Shown in pieces: positions 15,072 to 25,034 of a stretch of 45,043 bases of DNA; position 1 is the stretch's first letter; each line of letters starts with the position of its first letter. Position numbers and translations under genes: made by a program. The notes under the pieces were generated by a model. The model saw only the letters and a list, made by a program, of their open reading frames with translations, had not been told where the DNA came from and ran no database searches. The stretch lies in the IMG/VR virus record IMGVR_UViG_3300032218_004038, positions 1-45,043 of that record, one strand, 5' to 3'. The DNA comes from a virus (taxonomy: Duplodnaviria > Caudoviricetes).

Positions 15072-16928
15072 TTACTTTGCTTCCCCCCAACTAGGTCCGA
15101 TTTCTACATCGACCCGGTTGGGGACTTCCATGGTCACGCAGTTGGCCATGATGTCCGCTGCTTCACGTGCCTGAGCCTCAGATTCAACGCTGATTGCGAT
15201 CTCATCGTGTACTTGGAGCAGCAGCTTAAATCCTGCTTCTTCGAGCTTTACCATGGCCATTTTGCACTGATCTGCGGCGGATCCTTGGATCAGGCGATTC
15301 AAGCCCTTGTACGAGCCGCTGCGCTTGATCCTTTGTCCGTATTCAATGACGGCCTGTTCATACGGCAGAGGCTTGTTTGACCCCCACTGCTGTGGCTCCC
15401 ACAGGGGGAAGCGACATTTGCGACCAAGAAGAGTACGGATTGCGCCGCCGGAGGCGGGGTTGTCGATGCGTTTCATAACCGCGGTCACCGTTCCTTTAAG
15501 GAAGGCGACTTTGGCGTGAAAGATTTTGGTCAGTTCTTCGGCCTCTTCAACTGAAAGATCGAGTTGGGCGGCGAGTTTATTTTTGCCCATGCCGTACATC
15601 AAGCCAAGGCCGATGGTCTTGGCGGTTTTGCGCTTGATCCCTGCCATATCGGCGACCATCTGGTGAAAGTCGGTGTTGGGATCTTGCTGGTAGGCATCGA
15701 CCATGCTGTCGGCACCGTTCAACCCCAAGAGGCTTGCGTAGTGAACCAGCAGGCGCGGTTCTTGGGAGGAGAAATCGTTTGACGCCCAGAGTTGTCCTTC
15801 TTCAGGCATGAATAGCCCGCGGACCATGGGTCCGATGATTTCATGGCGAGCGGGCACCTGTTGAAGGTTGGGTGAGTACATGGACAGCCGCCCAGAGACG
15901 GTGCCGCCTTCATCAGAGCGTAGCTGGTTGATGTGGGGATGGATGCGCCCGGTTTTCTTGCTGAAATCCAAGTAGGGGCGCAAGAAGGTGCCGTGGGTCT
16001 TGTCCGTTTCCCGGGCAGTGATGATGAGCTTGCCCAGTTCGCCGCATTCCTCGAGGAAGCTCTTGGTGAAGCTCGGAGCACCGGCATCGGTCCGTAGGTA
16101 CTTAACCCCGGCGGCATCAAATGCGGCGGCAATGCTTTGTGCTGCCCAGATGTCTACGTGATGCCCGGTCATCTGATGCAGGCTTTTCTTTGCCTGTTCG
16201 CACTGCCCGATCAGTTCCTCGATCAGATGTTCGCACTTGGATCGGTTGAACCGAATGCCGCGGCGGGTAATGCCAAGGAGGACAGGAAGAACCTTTGACT
16301 CGAGATCGTAGATTGATTCGACATCCTCTTGGCGCATCTTGATCTTAAAGTGCTGCCATAGGCGCAGGGTGAGAGCGGCATCTTGTTCGGCGTACTCGCC
16401 AACGAACATAGCAGGAAGCTTCCAGAGTTCCTTCTTTGGATGCACACCAAAGTCGGATGCGGCTTGGCGCAGGCCCTGTTCGGACTTTGTTTCCTTGAGG
16501 TAATCAAAGCCGAGGTTGTTAAGCGAAAACGAAAAGCGGTTCTCATCAAGCAGAGGAGCCGCGATCATCGTATCGTGGATCTTGCCCTTTATTTCGAAGC
16601 CGCTTGCCCAGAGCCAGCCCACGTCGTAGGCGGCGTTATGGAAGATTTTGTCTGCGCGGGTGGCACAGACCTCAGCCATCCACCGATTAACCATCCGCTT
16701 ATCAAGATTCCCGCCGCCAGAGTGAGCGATTGGAAAATACCCAGACCAGCCATCAACAGCGACAGCGTACCCCACAACAAAGCCGTCGTTACGAGGCCAA
16801 CCGGGACCAAAAGACTCGAGATTGGGATCGCACGTTTCGAGGTCAATTGCAATCTCCGTAGCGTTTGACAAGTCAGGGAACGAAGATGGCGCGACCCAGT
16901 CGCTTTTTAATGGGAAAAGAGTGCTCAC
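15072..16928 (-). CDS. polA: Family A DNA polymerase with 3'-5' exonuclease
   Basis: Exo motifs DLET, FHNAAYD, YAEQDA; pol motifs DFSSQEPR, AKTIGLGLMYG, IQGSAAD, QVHDE. Confidence 0.95.
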   Translation of the reverse strand: MSTLFPLKSDWVAPSSFPDLSNATEIAIDLETCDPNLESFGPGWPRNDGFVVGYAVAVDGWSGYFPIAHSGGGNLDKRMVNRWMAEVCATRADKIFHNAAYDVGWLWASGFEIKGKIHDTMIAAPLLDENRFSFSLNNLGFDYLKETKSEQGLRQAASDFGVHPKKELWKLPAMFVGEYAEQDAALTLRLWQHFKIKMRQEDVESIYDLESKVLPVLLGITRRGIRFNRSKCEHLIEELIGQCEQAKKSLHQMTGHHVDIWAAQSIAAAFDAAGVKYLRTDAGAPSFTKSFLEECGELGKLIITARETDKTHGTFLRPYLDFSKKTGRIHPHINQLRSDEGGTVSGRLSMYSPNLQQVPARHEIIGPMVRGLFMPEEGQLWASNDFSSQEPRLLVHYASLLGLNGADSMVDAYQQDPNTDFHQMVADMAGIKRKTAKTIGLGLMYGMGKNKLAAQLDLSVEEAEELTKIFHAKVAFLKGTVTAVMKRIDNPASGGAIRTLLGRKCRFPLWEPQQWGSNKPLPYEQAVIEYGQRIKRSGSYKGLNRLIQGSAADQCKMAMVKLEEAGFKLLLQVHDEIAISVESEAQAREAADIMANCVTMEVPNRVDVEIGPSWGEAK

Positions 16929-18418
16929 AGTTGAAAACCTCGATCAGAGCGCCGCGGCATGATGAGATGCAACGACTCTCTCGGTCGAGTTACACCCACG
17001 TAAAACAAACGATTGATGTTGTCCGCATCCTGCCAGTATTCCTCGGCAGACTTTGGACTTAGGTCTAAAAGCAGCATCACGTTGTCCGCCTCGCCGCCCT
17101 TAGCACCATGAATGGTCGAAACCTTGATCCTCGAGGTTTCTGAAAACTTTTGTCCCCTGCGTAGCACGGCTATCATGTATGCCTTTTTGTCTTCGCTAAT
17201 CTTTTCTAATGCTACGTGCCAAATGGCATCAGTTAGCAAGCCATGATTATCCTTCAGTTCTTCAAGCGTGTACAGAGCGTCCTGCTCGCCTTTCTTAAAC
17301 GTACGGTGACCTCGAGCAACATTTTCCGAACCAAGGTACCGATAAACTCGTCTTACGTTTTCGTACCCAATTTGCCCGCCCTTACGCAAGTGTTCCCAGT
17401 CACGTACTGACTGAACGATATCCGGGCTAATACTGGATACGCCTTGTCGCTCGAACAGCGTTCCGTTGTTCCTGAGCCATTCGCAAATTGGGTTGAGCAT
17501 GTAGCCTGCGCTGGCCATGATTAGCCACTGGCCGTCGTCAACGGCTACGTCTTCGAAGCGACTGTAGGCCTGTACGGTGCCTTGATGAGATCGTGGATCC
17601 CACTTTTTTTCTTGGCGCGTTTTGATGCGGGCGACGATTCGGTTGGCGATTGCGTGAACAGCTTGAGGCACTCGGTAGGACTTCTCAAGCACCCTAATTG
17701 AACCAGTGAAGGAGAGAAAGCTAGACACGTCAGCCCCAGCCCATAGGTGAATAGCCTGATCATCGTCGCCTGCTATGTAAGTGCGTTTTGCTTTGGTTGC
17801 CAGAATCTCGACCAGCTGCCACTGAAGACGAGACAGATCTTGTGCCTCGTCGATGATGACTGTCTCAAGCGCGGGAAGCGATTCATGCCGACCGATTGCC
17901 AGTTCCAGTAGATCGGTAAAGTCAATCAGATCGTGTGCTGCTTTGTAGTGCCGGTAACTACGTTCAACAAACTCGAAGTGGTGCCATTCGATGCCCATGC
18001 CTGAGTTGTTGTAGTGCTCACGCAGGTCGATATTCTTTATGCGAGCAATATTGATCTCATTTAAGATCGGGTGATCGGCCTTGACCACTTCATCCTCGGC
18101 GGCTATTCCGATTTCCAGCCCTGTTTGCTGCGCGAATTCTTTGTAGTGCTCGGCTGACATCATGTTAGTGATGTTGGTGCCAAGGACCATATAGGCCAGA
18201 CTGTGTAGCGTCCTGAAGTAAGGGAAGTCCCGCTTCTCATGCAGATGAGGGAACTTAACGATTGCCCGTTCCTTGGCCTCGTTTGCCGCCTTACGGGTAA
18301 AGGAGAAGTATCCGATCCGGGTGGAATCAACCCCACTTGCCAGTTCCTTCTCGACTTCATTGAGAAGGAAAGTGGTTTTGCCTGACCCCGGAGGGCCAAA
18401 TACTTTTTGGATATTCAA
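16925..18418 (-). CDS. UvrD/Rep-like SF1 helicase
   Basis: GPPGSGKTT, IIDEAQD, GDDDQAI, SYR, STIHGAKGGEAD, YVGVTR. Confidence 0.92.
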   Translation of the reverse strand: MNIQKVFGPPGSGKTTFLLNEVEKELASGVDSTRIGYFSFTRKAANEAKERAIVKFPHLHEKRDFPYFRTLHSLAYMVLGTNITNMMSAEHYKEFAQQTGLEIGIAAEDEVVKADHPILNEINIARIKNIDLREHYNNSGMGIEWHHFEFVERSYRHYKAAHDLIDFTDLLELAIGRHESLPALETVIIDEAQDLSRLQWQLVEILATKAKRTYIAGDDDQAIHLWAGADVSSFLSFTGSIRVLEKSYRVPQAVHAIANRIVARIKTRQEKKWDPRSHQGTVQAYSRFEDVAVDDGQWLIMASAGYMLNPICEWLRNNGTLFERQGVSSISPDIVQSVRDWEHLRKGGQIGYENVRRVYRYLGSENVARGHRTFKKGEQDALYTLEELKDNHGLLTDAIWHVALEKISEDKKAYMIAVLRRGQKFSETSRIKVSTIHGAKGGEADNVMLLLDLSPKSAEEYWQDADNINRLFYVGVTRPRESLHLIMPRRSDRGFQL

Positions 18419-19944
18419 AACGGGCTCTCTTTGCGCTTGGTGTGGCTATCAAACGGAGCGCTTTGCCGCTCAAATTTTGGAATCTTCCAGCACCGTACGG
18501 TCCTGCCCTTAAGAAACATGGATACCGGTTCGCCATTCATGTCCCGCAACCGCTGGGCAATTTTGGGTGAGGTCATTCCCATAAAATTACTTCGCTTCAA
18601 ATGCGCCTCGAGATCCTTCATCCGGAAGAACGTCTTGGCCTCTTCATCATCGGTCCATGGCCTGCCCATCAAAATCTCATCCCGATCCATGGCCTGCTGC
18701 ATGTGAGCGGTAAATTCCTCAAGCAGGTCCATCAGCCTGCCCGTCAGGCTAGTGTCTTCTGAAGCTTCGCTGATCTGTTCCGTTTCCACCATCTCTTTAA
18801 GCAAAGCGTTAAGCATTGCCTCCCAGTCGCGCTTGAGAAGCGTGGGCGGCAGCACGTTCAGGCGCTCAACACAAGCTTTTTGGAATGCTGCTTGAGAGAA
18901 CAGACTCTCGGTATCAAGCTCGAGCCGTCGTCCGTTGACATCGAGGAACCACAGGGGAGGCTCGGAAGCGTATTTAGACAACGAAGTTAGTTGTGGCGAG
19001 TCAGGACCTGCCGCGCCGATACCGAATTTGCGTGTACGGCAAAGGCCGGAGTTGCAAAAGGAGTTTAAGGGTGCGTCTTTGCACTTGTAGTTGTAATCCT
19101 TTTTGCCCACCTGCTTGATAAGGATCTGCACCTCATTGTTGGGCAGAGGCGGGCTCAGATACTTATAGTTGTGCTCGACCAGCGCATCTTCCCAGTTCCC
19201 CGGTTGGGAGCGCTTGAGGAAGGTGCCGATGTTAAACAGCCCGTTATTTCTGGTGCCTTCCGGGAATCCCTGCATACACAATGCTTGCAGGCAGGGCGGA
19301 CCATCCTTGATCGGTGCGTCAGAAACCTTCGGGGGATCGGGCAGGACAAGAGGTACTCCTTGGGCGTACTTGTCGTACAGCGCATAAAACTCCTCGAGCG
19401 AGGCGGCATCGCCCTCTTCATTGAATGCGTACCGCGTTCCGCGGTCACCGGCAAAGTAAGGAAGGTTCAGGAAGTTTCCTGTGTCGCCGCGGTCAACGAG
19501 GATTTCTGCTTGCTTGGGGAAGATCTCTCTACCGGACTCGCCAAGTAATGCAGATGCATTCTTGAGGTAGTCCTGCATATCTCGAGCAGGAATAGGTTCC
19601 TTGGTGAACAGGAAGACGTGTGCGCCGCCTGACTTGCTACGAAACACCACCAGAGGCAGGTTCAACGAAGCAATCTTGGCAACGAGTTTCTTGTGATCAA
19701 AGGGGTACTGATCAATATCGATACAGCCCCATATACAAGTGTTGTCTGCCCGTATGGGGATGATTCCGAGAGAGGGCTCAACACCCTCTAGGTGCTTGGT
19801 CCAAAGCGCGTCTACGGGCGGCTGGCGTATGACCGTGGCCTTTCCCTGCTGCTTACCGTCGCCTCGGGATGTCTCAATTTTATAGGTGCCGTGGGCTATA
19901 TCAAGGCCACTAAAAATGGCTTTGAATCTGCTGATATCAGTCAT
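18415..19944 (-). CDS. Primase (AEP/prim-pol-like with PriCT-like region)
   Basis: GCIDID, RSKSGGAHVFLF, EIFPKQ, GNFLNLPY, then PPCL...EGTRNNGLF. Confidence 0.8.
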   Translation of the reverse strand: MTDISRFKAIFSGLDIAHGTYKIETSRGDGKQQGKATVIRQPPVDALWTKHLEGVEPSLGIIPIRADNTCIWGCIDIDQYPFDHKKLVAKIASLNLPLVVFRSKSGGAHVFLFTKEPIPARDMQDYLKNASALLGESGREIFPKQAEILVDRGDTGNFLNLPYFAGDRGTRYAFNEEGDAASLEEFYALYDKYAQGVPLVLPDPPKVSDAPIKDGPPCLQALCMQGFPEGTRNNGLFNIGTFLKRSQPGNWEDALVEHNYKYLSPPLPNNEVQILIKQVGKKDYNYKCKDAPLNSFCNSGLCRTRKFGIGAAGPDSPQLTSLSKYASEPPLWFLDVNGRRLELDTESLFSQAAFQKACVERLNVLPPTLLKRDWEAMLNALLKEMVETEQISEASEDTSLTGRLMDLLEEFTAHMQQAMDRDEILMGRPWTDDEEAKTFFRMKDLEAHLKRSNFMGMTSPKIAQRLRDMNGEPVSMFLKGRTVRCWKIPKFERQSAPFDSHTKRKESPF

Positions 19945-19997
19945 CTCTTTCTCGGGGACAGTGGGGGTACTAGCCCATCAGGCGTTCCCCCCGAAGA

Positions 19998-20762
19998 TCA
20001 GAACGGGATATTTTCTTCCGCTACAGCGGCTTCGTCATGGTGTTTGACCTTGACTTCACCCGCTCCAATCTGCGCAGCAAATGCCTTTGCCACGGCGTAC
20101 TGACCCATGTCCTCGATGGGGCCAATACGACTGATCTCCCAACCAAACCACTTGCCCTTGTCGTTGGACTCGGGGACCGTGCTCAACCGATATACGTGTG
20201 AGTACATCGGCGGAGTGTACGGCCCATTCTTGCCCATGAGCTTGGTGGTCATCATCATGCTGTTCCACTTCTTGCTCTTCTTGAGTTGCGTCGATTTCAT
20301 TGTAATCAAGGCAGGCTCAGGAATGCCATCATCGTTTACCACCATCACGTAGTGATTGGCAGTGTTTTCGATGTAGTTCCCGTTTGACAGGTAGTCCTTG
20401 CTGTCGCCGGGTTCCTTGTGGGTACGACTCATGATGTCGGATGTTGCCGGATGCACAATCGGAGCCCCGGAGCCCGATCCGCGGGGACTCCACTCCAGAT
20501 AGTTGCGCACGTACGCGCACGGGATGACCGTGATGCCCTTTTTGCCGTCGTACAGTTCCCCGCTGACGGTGTTAAAGATCATCCCCGGCAGTGCGCCGTC
20601 CACCTCGCCGACTTCGGGCGAAGTGTTGGTCAACAAGCGCAGGAACGGAAGGGCAAAATCCTCCTGTCCCATGTTCTTGAAGCCATCCGATGCATCCTCC
20701 TCGAAGGTGGATGCGATTGCGAGTGCGGTAGTGCCTTTAATAGCGATATCAGTCTTAGCCAT
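19998..20762 (-). CDS. Putative single-stranded DNA-binding protein
   Basis: Position in the replication module, MKSTQLKKSKKWNS...KGKWFGW motifs and acidic C-terminus ending ENIPF. Confidence 0.6.
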   Translation of the reverse strand: MAKTDIAIKGTTALAIASTFEEDASDGFKNMGQEDFALPFLRLLTNTSPEVGEVDGALPGMIFNTVSGELYDGKKGITVIPCAYVRNYLEWSPRGSGSGAPIVHPATSDIMSRTHKEPGDSKDYLSNGNYIENTANHYVMVVNDDGIPEPALITMKSTQLKKSKKWNSMMMTTKLMGKNGPYTPPMYSHVYRLSTVPESNDKGKWFGWEISRIGPIEDMGQYAVAKAFAAQIGAGEVKVKHHDEAAVAEENIPF

Positions 20763-20776
20763 TTCTTAAACCTTCC

Positions 20777-21322
20777 TTAGGTCTTGATAGTTGCTTTCTG
20801 CCCGATGTGGGCCCCAAACAGGTCAGAGGGGAACTCACGTCCCTTCTCGACCATTTCCCGAACCCAAGCTTTTAACGTCTGGGGTTCGACCTTTTGCGCT
20901 TGTTCAACTGGATAGTTGTCCGTACGCAATTTGGTCAGGAGGATGTCGCACAACTCATCTTCCCCACGGCCAAACCTGACGCTGACCGTGTTCTTGATGA
21001 TGTCGTCGTATCCGTTGATTCGTAGCCATTCGTAAGCCGCGGCCCGGTTTTCTTCCTTGATGCTGGCACCGTAAAAAGCCTTGACCTCAATCTGGCTACC
21101 GTCAGCCATCTTGAAAGACTTCATGCCCATCTCAGCAAGCTTTCCCGGGATGACCTCTTCAAGCAGCTTGCGCTGCTGTTCTTTCTGCTCTTTCAGGTCC
21201 TCTTCCAGATCTTCAATTGCACGCTGAAGTTCCTTGGAGCGACGAGCCAAAGCAGCAATGCTGTCTAGTTCATCGTCCTTGACCGTCAGGGCCTCGGCAT
21301 CGGCCTCAAAAATGTCATTCAT
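20777..21322 (-). CDS. Conserved replication-module protein (coiled-coil N-terminus)
   Basis: AYEWLRINGYDDIIKNTV...VEPQTLKAWVRE motifs; strong RBS AGGAG. Confidence 0.75.
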   Translation of the reverse strand: MNDIFEADAEALTVKDDELDSIAALARRSKELQRAIEDLEEDLKEQKEQQRKLLEEVIPGKLAEMGMKSFKMADGSQIEVKAFYGASIKEENRAAAYEWLRINGYDDIIKNTVSVRFGRGEDELCDILLTKLRTDNYPVEQAQKVEPQTLKAWVREMVEKGREFPSDLFGAHIGQKATIKT

Positions 21323-21644
21323 TACCTTCTCCTTTCTGATACAAGTTAATCTTAACAGGAATGTACAAGTACTCGCGTCGATCCCACTTCAGGACGTTGA
21401 ACCGCCCTGAATTTGCCTGAGCAGCAACCGCGCACGTCAGGCCGATTGCTACCGGATCACCAGTCAAAAGCAAATAATCTTCGTCCTTGAAGTTGTGCAG
21501 TGCCCTCATAAGGCGACGAACAATCGGGGCGATGGAAAAAGCAATCTGTGCCGTATGCGGCAGCAGAATTTGTACTTCTCCGTACTTGATGGCCGAAGAG
21601 ATGTTGTGGTTCGGCATCTCTTGCACTACGTAAACTGTAGGCAC
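21315..21644 (-). CDS. Conserved hypothetical phage protein (109 aa)
   Basis: Start reassigned to GTG 21644 after AGGAG; DYLLLTGDP...LKWDR...YIPV. Confidence 0.75.
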   Translation of the reverse strand: MPTVYVVQEMPNHNISSAIKYGEVQILLPHTAQIAFSIAPIVRRLMRALHNFKDEDYLLLTGDPVAIGLTCAVAAQANSGRFNVLKWDRREYLYIPVKINLYQKGEGNE

Positions 21645-21673
21645 GTTGTTCTCCTTTCTCAAAACGTCTGCGT

Positions 21674-21703
21674 AGTGTACAATCAGTTTTCTCGTCGTGT
21701 CAA
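21674..21703 (-). promoter_or_regulatory. Promoter for the leftward replication operon
   Basis: TTGACA-N18-TACACT on the minus strand in the divergent gap; an overlapping plus-strand TACAAT (21678-21683) may drive the SNF2 gene. Confidence 0.6.
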
Positions 21704-21726
21704 GCACCTACCAAGAAAGGAAGAAA

Positions 21727-23181
21727 GTGGACTACTTCACAACAAAATACCCGTTCAAAAACCAGCCCTTCGCACACCAAGCAGCCTACCTGCAACGGTT
21801 CTGGGAGAACCGCGAAGCGGCGCTTTTCGCTGAGATGGGCACGGGCAAGTCCTTCATGCTCATCAACAACGCCGCGATACTCTACGACAAAGGGTACATC
21901 AACGCGATGTTGATCGTCGCTCCCAAGGGCGTGTACCGCAACTGGTACCGCAGCGAAATCCCTAAGCATATGCCGGATCACGTGCCGTACAAAATGGCCT
22001 GCTGGAGCGCTTCCCCGCGCAAAGCGGAGAAGATCGAGATGGAACAGATGTATCAGTCAGTCGATGACCTGCGCATTCTGATCATGAACGTCGAAGCCCT
22101 GAGCACGGTCAAAGGTGTGGATTTCGCCCGTACTTTTCTGCGAGTAACCAAGTCCTTCATGGCAATTGACGAGAGCACAACCATCAAGTCGCCTCGAGCC
22201 ATGCGCACCAAGAACATCATCAAGGTAGGTAAAGAAGCCGCCTATCGGCGCATCGCCACAGGCTCCCCTGTGACCAAGAGCCCGCTTGATTTGTACAGCC
22301 AGTGCGAATTCCTGAGCCCCGATTGCCTGAACTTCGATAGCTACTACGCCTTCCAGAACCGCTACGCGGTAACGATTGAGCGGCGCATGGCTACGCACAC
22401 CTTTAAGCAGATCACCGGGTACCGGAAACTGGACGAACTACAGCAGATCGTTGACCAGTTCTCCTTTCGCGTAACCAAAGATGAATGCTTGGACTTGCCG
22501 GACAAGGTTTATACCCGCCGGGATGTGGAACTTACCCCAGAACAGACCCGCGCCTATGATGAGATGAAGCGCATGGCCTTCTCCGAGTTCGAGAACGGTC
22601 AGTTGATGACGACAAACAACGCCCTGACCCAACTGATGCGGTTGCATCAGATTGTTTGCGGCCACGCCAAAACCGATGACGGTACGGTAATCGATATCCC
22701 TAGCAACCGGATTAAGGAGCTACTTGAGACTCTCGAGGAAGTGGACGGGAAGGTCATCATCTGGGCGAACTACCGCCGAGATATTGAGGGCATCTACCAC
22801 GCCATTCAGAAGGAATACGGGATGACCGCAGTGGCTACGTACTTTGGAGATACGTTGACGGAAGATCGCCAGCAGATCGTTGAAAAGTTTCAAGACCCGG
22901 GCAGCGATCTCCGGTTTTTTGTCGGTAATCCAAAGACCGGCGGCTACGGCCTGACGCTCACCGAAGCTAAGACCGTGATCTATTACAGCAACTCGTTTGA
23001 CTTGGAAGTCCGACTACAGTCCGAGGACCGTGCTCATCGTATCGGGCAAACTTCCAAAGTTGTGTATATCGATCTGATTGCTTCCGGAACCGTGGATGAG
23101 CACATCGTCAAGGCGCTCAGAAACAAAATCAACATTGCCAGCCAAGTGCTGGGCGAAGACTTTAAGGAGTGGCTCATCTGA
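21727..23181 (+). CDS. SNF2-family (SF2) helicase
   Basis: EMGTGKS, IDES, ATGSP, GGYGLTL, QSEDRAHRIGQ; GTG start after AAGGAAG. Confidence 0.92.
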   Translation: MDYFTTKYPFKNQPFAHQAAYLQRFWENREAALFAEMGTGKSFMLINNAAILYDKGYINAMLIVAPKGVYRNWYRSEIPKHMPDHVPYKMACWSASPRKAEKIEMEQMYQSVDDLRILIMNVEALSTVKGVDFARTFLRVTKSFMAIDESTTIKSPRAMRTKNIIKVGKEAAYRRIATGSPVTKSPLDLYSQCEFLSPDCLNFDSYYAFQNRYAVTIERRMATHTFKQITGYRKLDELQQIVDQFSFRVTKDECLDLPDKVYTRRDVELTPEQTRAYDEMKRMAFSEFENGQLMTTNNALTQLMRLHQIVCGHAKTDDGTVIDIPSNRIKELLETLEEVDGKVIIWANYRRDIEGIYHAIQKEYGMTAVATYFGDTLTEDRQQIVEKFQDPGSDLRFFVGNPKTGGYGLTLTEAKTVIYYSNSFDLEVRLQSEDRAHRIGQTSKVVYIDLIASGTVDEHIVKALRNKINIASQVLGEDFKEWLI

Positions 23182-23918
23182 TGATGCTCGTACCTGTTCG
23201 CCAAAAGTATGTCTACGAACCGCTGGTCAGAAATGACAGCCCCACTGGTCGCACCTATGGGCCGAACCGCCTGCCCAGCGTAACCACCATCCTGTCCGCG
23301 ACCAAGGATCAGACGCACCTCAAAGCGTGGGTCGAACGGGTGGGCGAGGAAGAGGCGAACAAGATCAAAAACGAAGCGGCCACGGTTGGTACACATATGC
23401 ACAGCGTGGTTGAGCGCTTGCTGCTGAACCGTCCCTTGCCTGTTCCGCGATCATGGCTCGCGGTCCGCGGGTACTGGATGGGGTACAAGCTAATCGATGC
23501 GTTTATGCGCAACGTCAACGAGGTCTGGGGAACAGAGATTCCGCTGTACTACCCAAACAAATATGCGGGTACTTCAGACTGCATCGGGGTTTACAGCGAC
23601 AAGGAGTCGGTGATTGACTTCAAGCAGACCAATCGGATGAAGCAACGCCGATGGATCGATGACTATTTTGTTCAGACCGCGGCATATGCGGTTGCGCATA
23701 ATGTGGTCTACGGTACGAATATCTCGCAGGGTGTGATCCTGATGGTGGCCCAAGATGGCCAGCTACAGGAGTTTGTGTCTTGTGGCCGCGAGTTTGAGGG
23801 CTACAAAGACAAGTGGATGCGCCGTGTCGAAGAGTATCAAAAAAATGGCCCGGAGCTAGGGCTCGACGGGCCGAGGGCCACTGGTGGAGGAGACGATGCG
23901 AACCAGCAGCCCGAGTAG
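23181..23918 (+). CDS. PD-(D/E)XK exonuclease (MGME1/Cas4-like phage exonuclease)
   Basis: PSVTTIL, GTHMH, YAGTSD, IDFKQ, YFVQTAAY. Confidence 0.85.
   Translation: MMLVPVRQKYVYEPLVRNDSPTGRTYGPNRLPSVTTILSATKDQTHLKAWVERVGEEEANKIKNEAATVGTHMHSVVERLLLNRPLPVPRSWLAVRGYWMGYKLIDAFMRNVNEVWGTEIPLYYPNKYAGTSDCIGVYSDKESVIDFKQTNRMKQRRWIDDYFVQTAAYAVAHNVVYGTNISQGVILMVAQDGQLQEFVSCGREFEGYKDKWMRRVEEYQKNGPELGLDGPRATGGGDDANQQPE
23839..23872 (-). terminator. Intrinsic terminator of the late operon, embedded in the exonuclease 3' end
   Basis: Minus strand GGCCCG-TC-GAGC-CCTA-GCTC-CGGGCC-A-TTTTTTT, ~50 nt after the stop of the last late gene. Confidence 0.7.
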
Positions 23919-23919
23919 T

Positions 23920-24672
23920 TTACATCACTCCGTTGCCACCAACAATTCTTGACTGCTGTTGGTTGCCGGATCCGGTCATTGCTCCATTTGGACCTGCCAT
24001 CTTTGCTCCAAGATTGACGGGCTCAGATGAAGAAGCGCCTTGATTTGAGTTAGAGGTCTGACTCAAAGAGGAAGGGCTTTGGCTTTGATTTAGGGAACCG
24101 ATTCCACCTGAAGCAACGGGAGGTTGCGTAAAGGCAGACTGAAGCGCGGGCATCGGTCCTTGCTGCTGGTACGGATTTCTATTTTGATTTGCCATGGCTG
24201 CTTGTGCCGCCGCACCAAGCCCCATCTGTTGTGGCGCACCGAAAGAAAGCCCTGCACCCTGTATGTTATTCATGAATTGCTGTTGGGTAAGAGGAGTAGC
24301 CCCTGCTCCCATCCCACTATCATCTAGTCCAACGGGTCGCATAGGGTTGTACTGGGTCACTGGAATATTATTCTGCGCCCGATACTGATCCAGCATAGAT
24401 TGCTGGTTCCTCTGATCCAGCATAGATTGCTGGTTCCTTTGGTCCAACACGGACTGCATGTTTGCTTGAGTAGGCTGAAATTGCTGGGCCTGTTGCGAAG
24501 CAAACGGGGTTTGTTGCGGCGCACCATAGGGATGCAGAAACTGCCGATACAGGTCGCCCTGTTGCTGATATGACCCCATGTTTTGCATCATGGGCGGGGC
24601 AACCGGAGCAATCCCCGGAACCGTGGAAGAAAGCGGCTGGGGCTGATCGCCCTCATCAAAGTACATTGCCAT
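23920..24672 (-). CDS. Low-complexity Q/M/G/S-rich protein (probable virion internal protein)
   Basis: Last gene of the late operon; TAATG coupling; composition like the upstream ejection proteins. Confidence 0.65.
   Translation of the reverse strand: MAMYFDEGDQPQPLSSTVPGIAPVAPPMMQNMGSYQQQGDLYRQFLHPYGAPQQTPFASQQAQQFQPTQANMQSVLDQRNQQSMLDQRNQQSMLDQYRAQNNIPVTQYNPMRPVGLDDSGMGAGATPLTQQQFMNNIQGAGLSFGAPQQMGLGAAAQAAMANQNRNPYQQQGPMPALQSAFTQPPVASGGIGSLNQSQSPSSLSQTSNSNQGASSSEPVNLGAKMAGPNGAMTGSGNQQQSRIVGGNGVM
24385..24457. repeat. 27-bp tandem repeat (2 perfect + 1 degenerate)
   Basis: CTGATCCAGCATAGATTGCTGGTTCCT x2, encoding RNQQSMLDQ. Confidence 0.9.
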
Positions 24673-25034
24673 TATTTCAGGTTCCGAAGTTTGTACAAGG
24701 TAGACAGGAACGTGGCCACCGCCTCGTCAATCAGGTTCTGAATCGCGGTTTCTTCTTTCTTGCAGCAGACGTACCGGATTTTCTCCACGTCTTTCAGGAT
24801 GCCCTCAAGGACCTTATCAATAGGTCCTCCCGTTTTTGGAGCAGGCAGGATCGGGATGTCTTCAATGATGTGATACCTGCCCTGAAAGGCTTCGGCAATC
24901 GCATCCGCATTCTCAATGATCTCGTTGTAAAACGTTCCCAACGCCATGTGCTGCGAAAAGCTTTTTGTGCGCAAATGCTCCCGATGAGCCACCTCACGGC
25001 TCAAGAACAATAGGGCAATAAGTTGATCAATCAT
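24672..25034 (-). CDS. Ferritin/Dps-like four-helix protein (DUF5856-like)
   Basis: AHREHLRTKSFSQHMALGTFY...DAIAEAFQGRY...QNLIDE...LYKL. Confidence 0.7.
   Translation of the reverse strand: MIDQLIALLFLSREVAHREHLRTKSFSQHMALGTFYNEIIENADAIAEAFQGRYHIIEDIPILPAPKTGGPIDKVLEGILKDVEKIRYVCCKKEETAIQNLIDEAVATFLSTLYKLRNLK

Noticed and set aside
15072-23181. Inteins or introns in polymerase and helicases
   Set aside because: The ORFs are continuous, of normal length, and lack splice-junction or homing-endonuclease motifs.
23181-23918. Cas4 as part of a CRISPR system
   Set aside because: It lacks the four-Cys Fe-S motif and any cas context; an ordinary phage exonuclease fits better.
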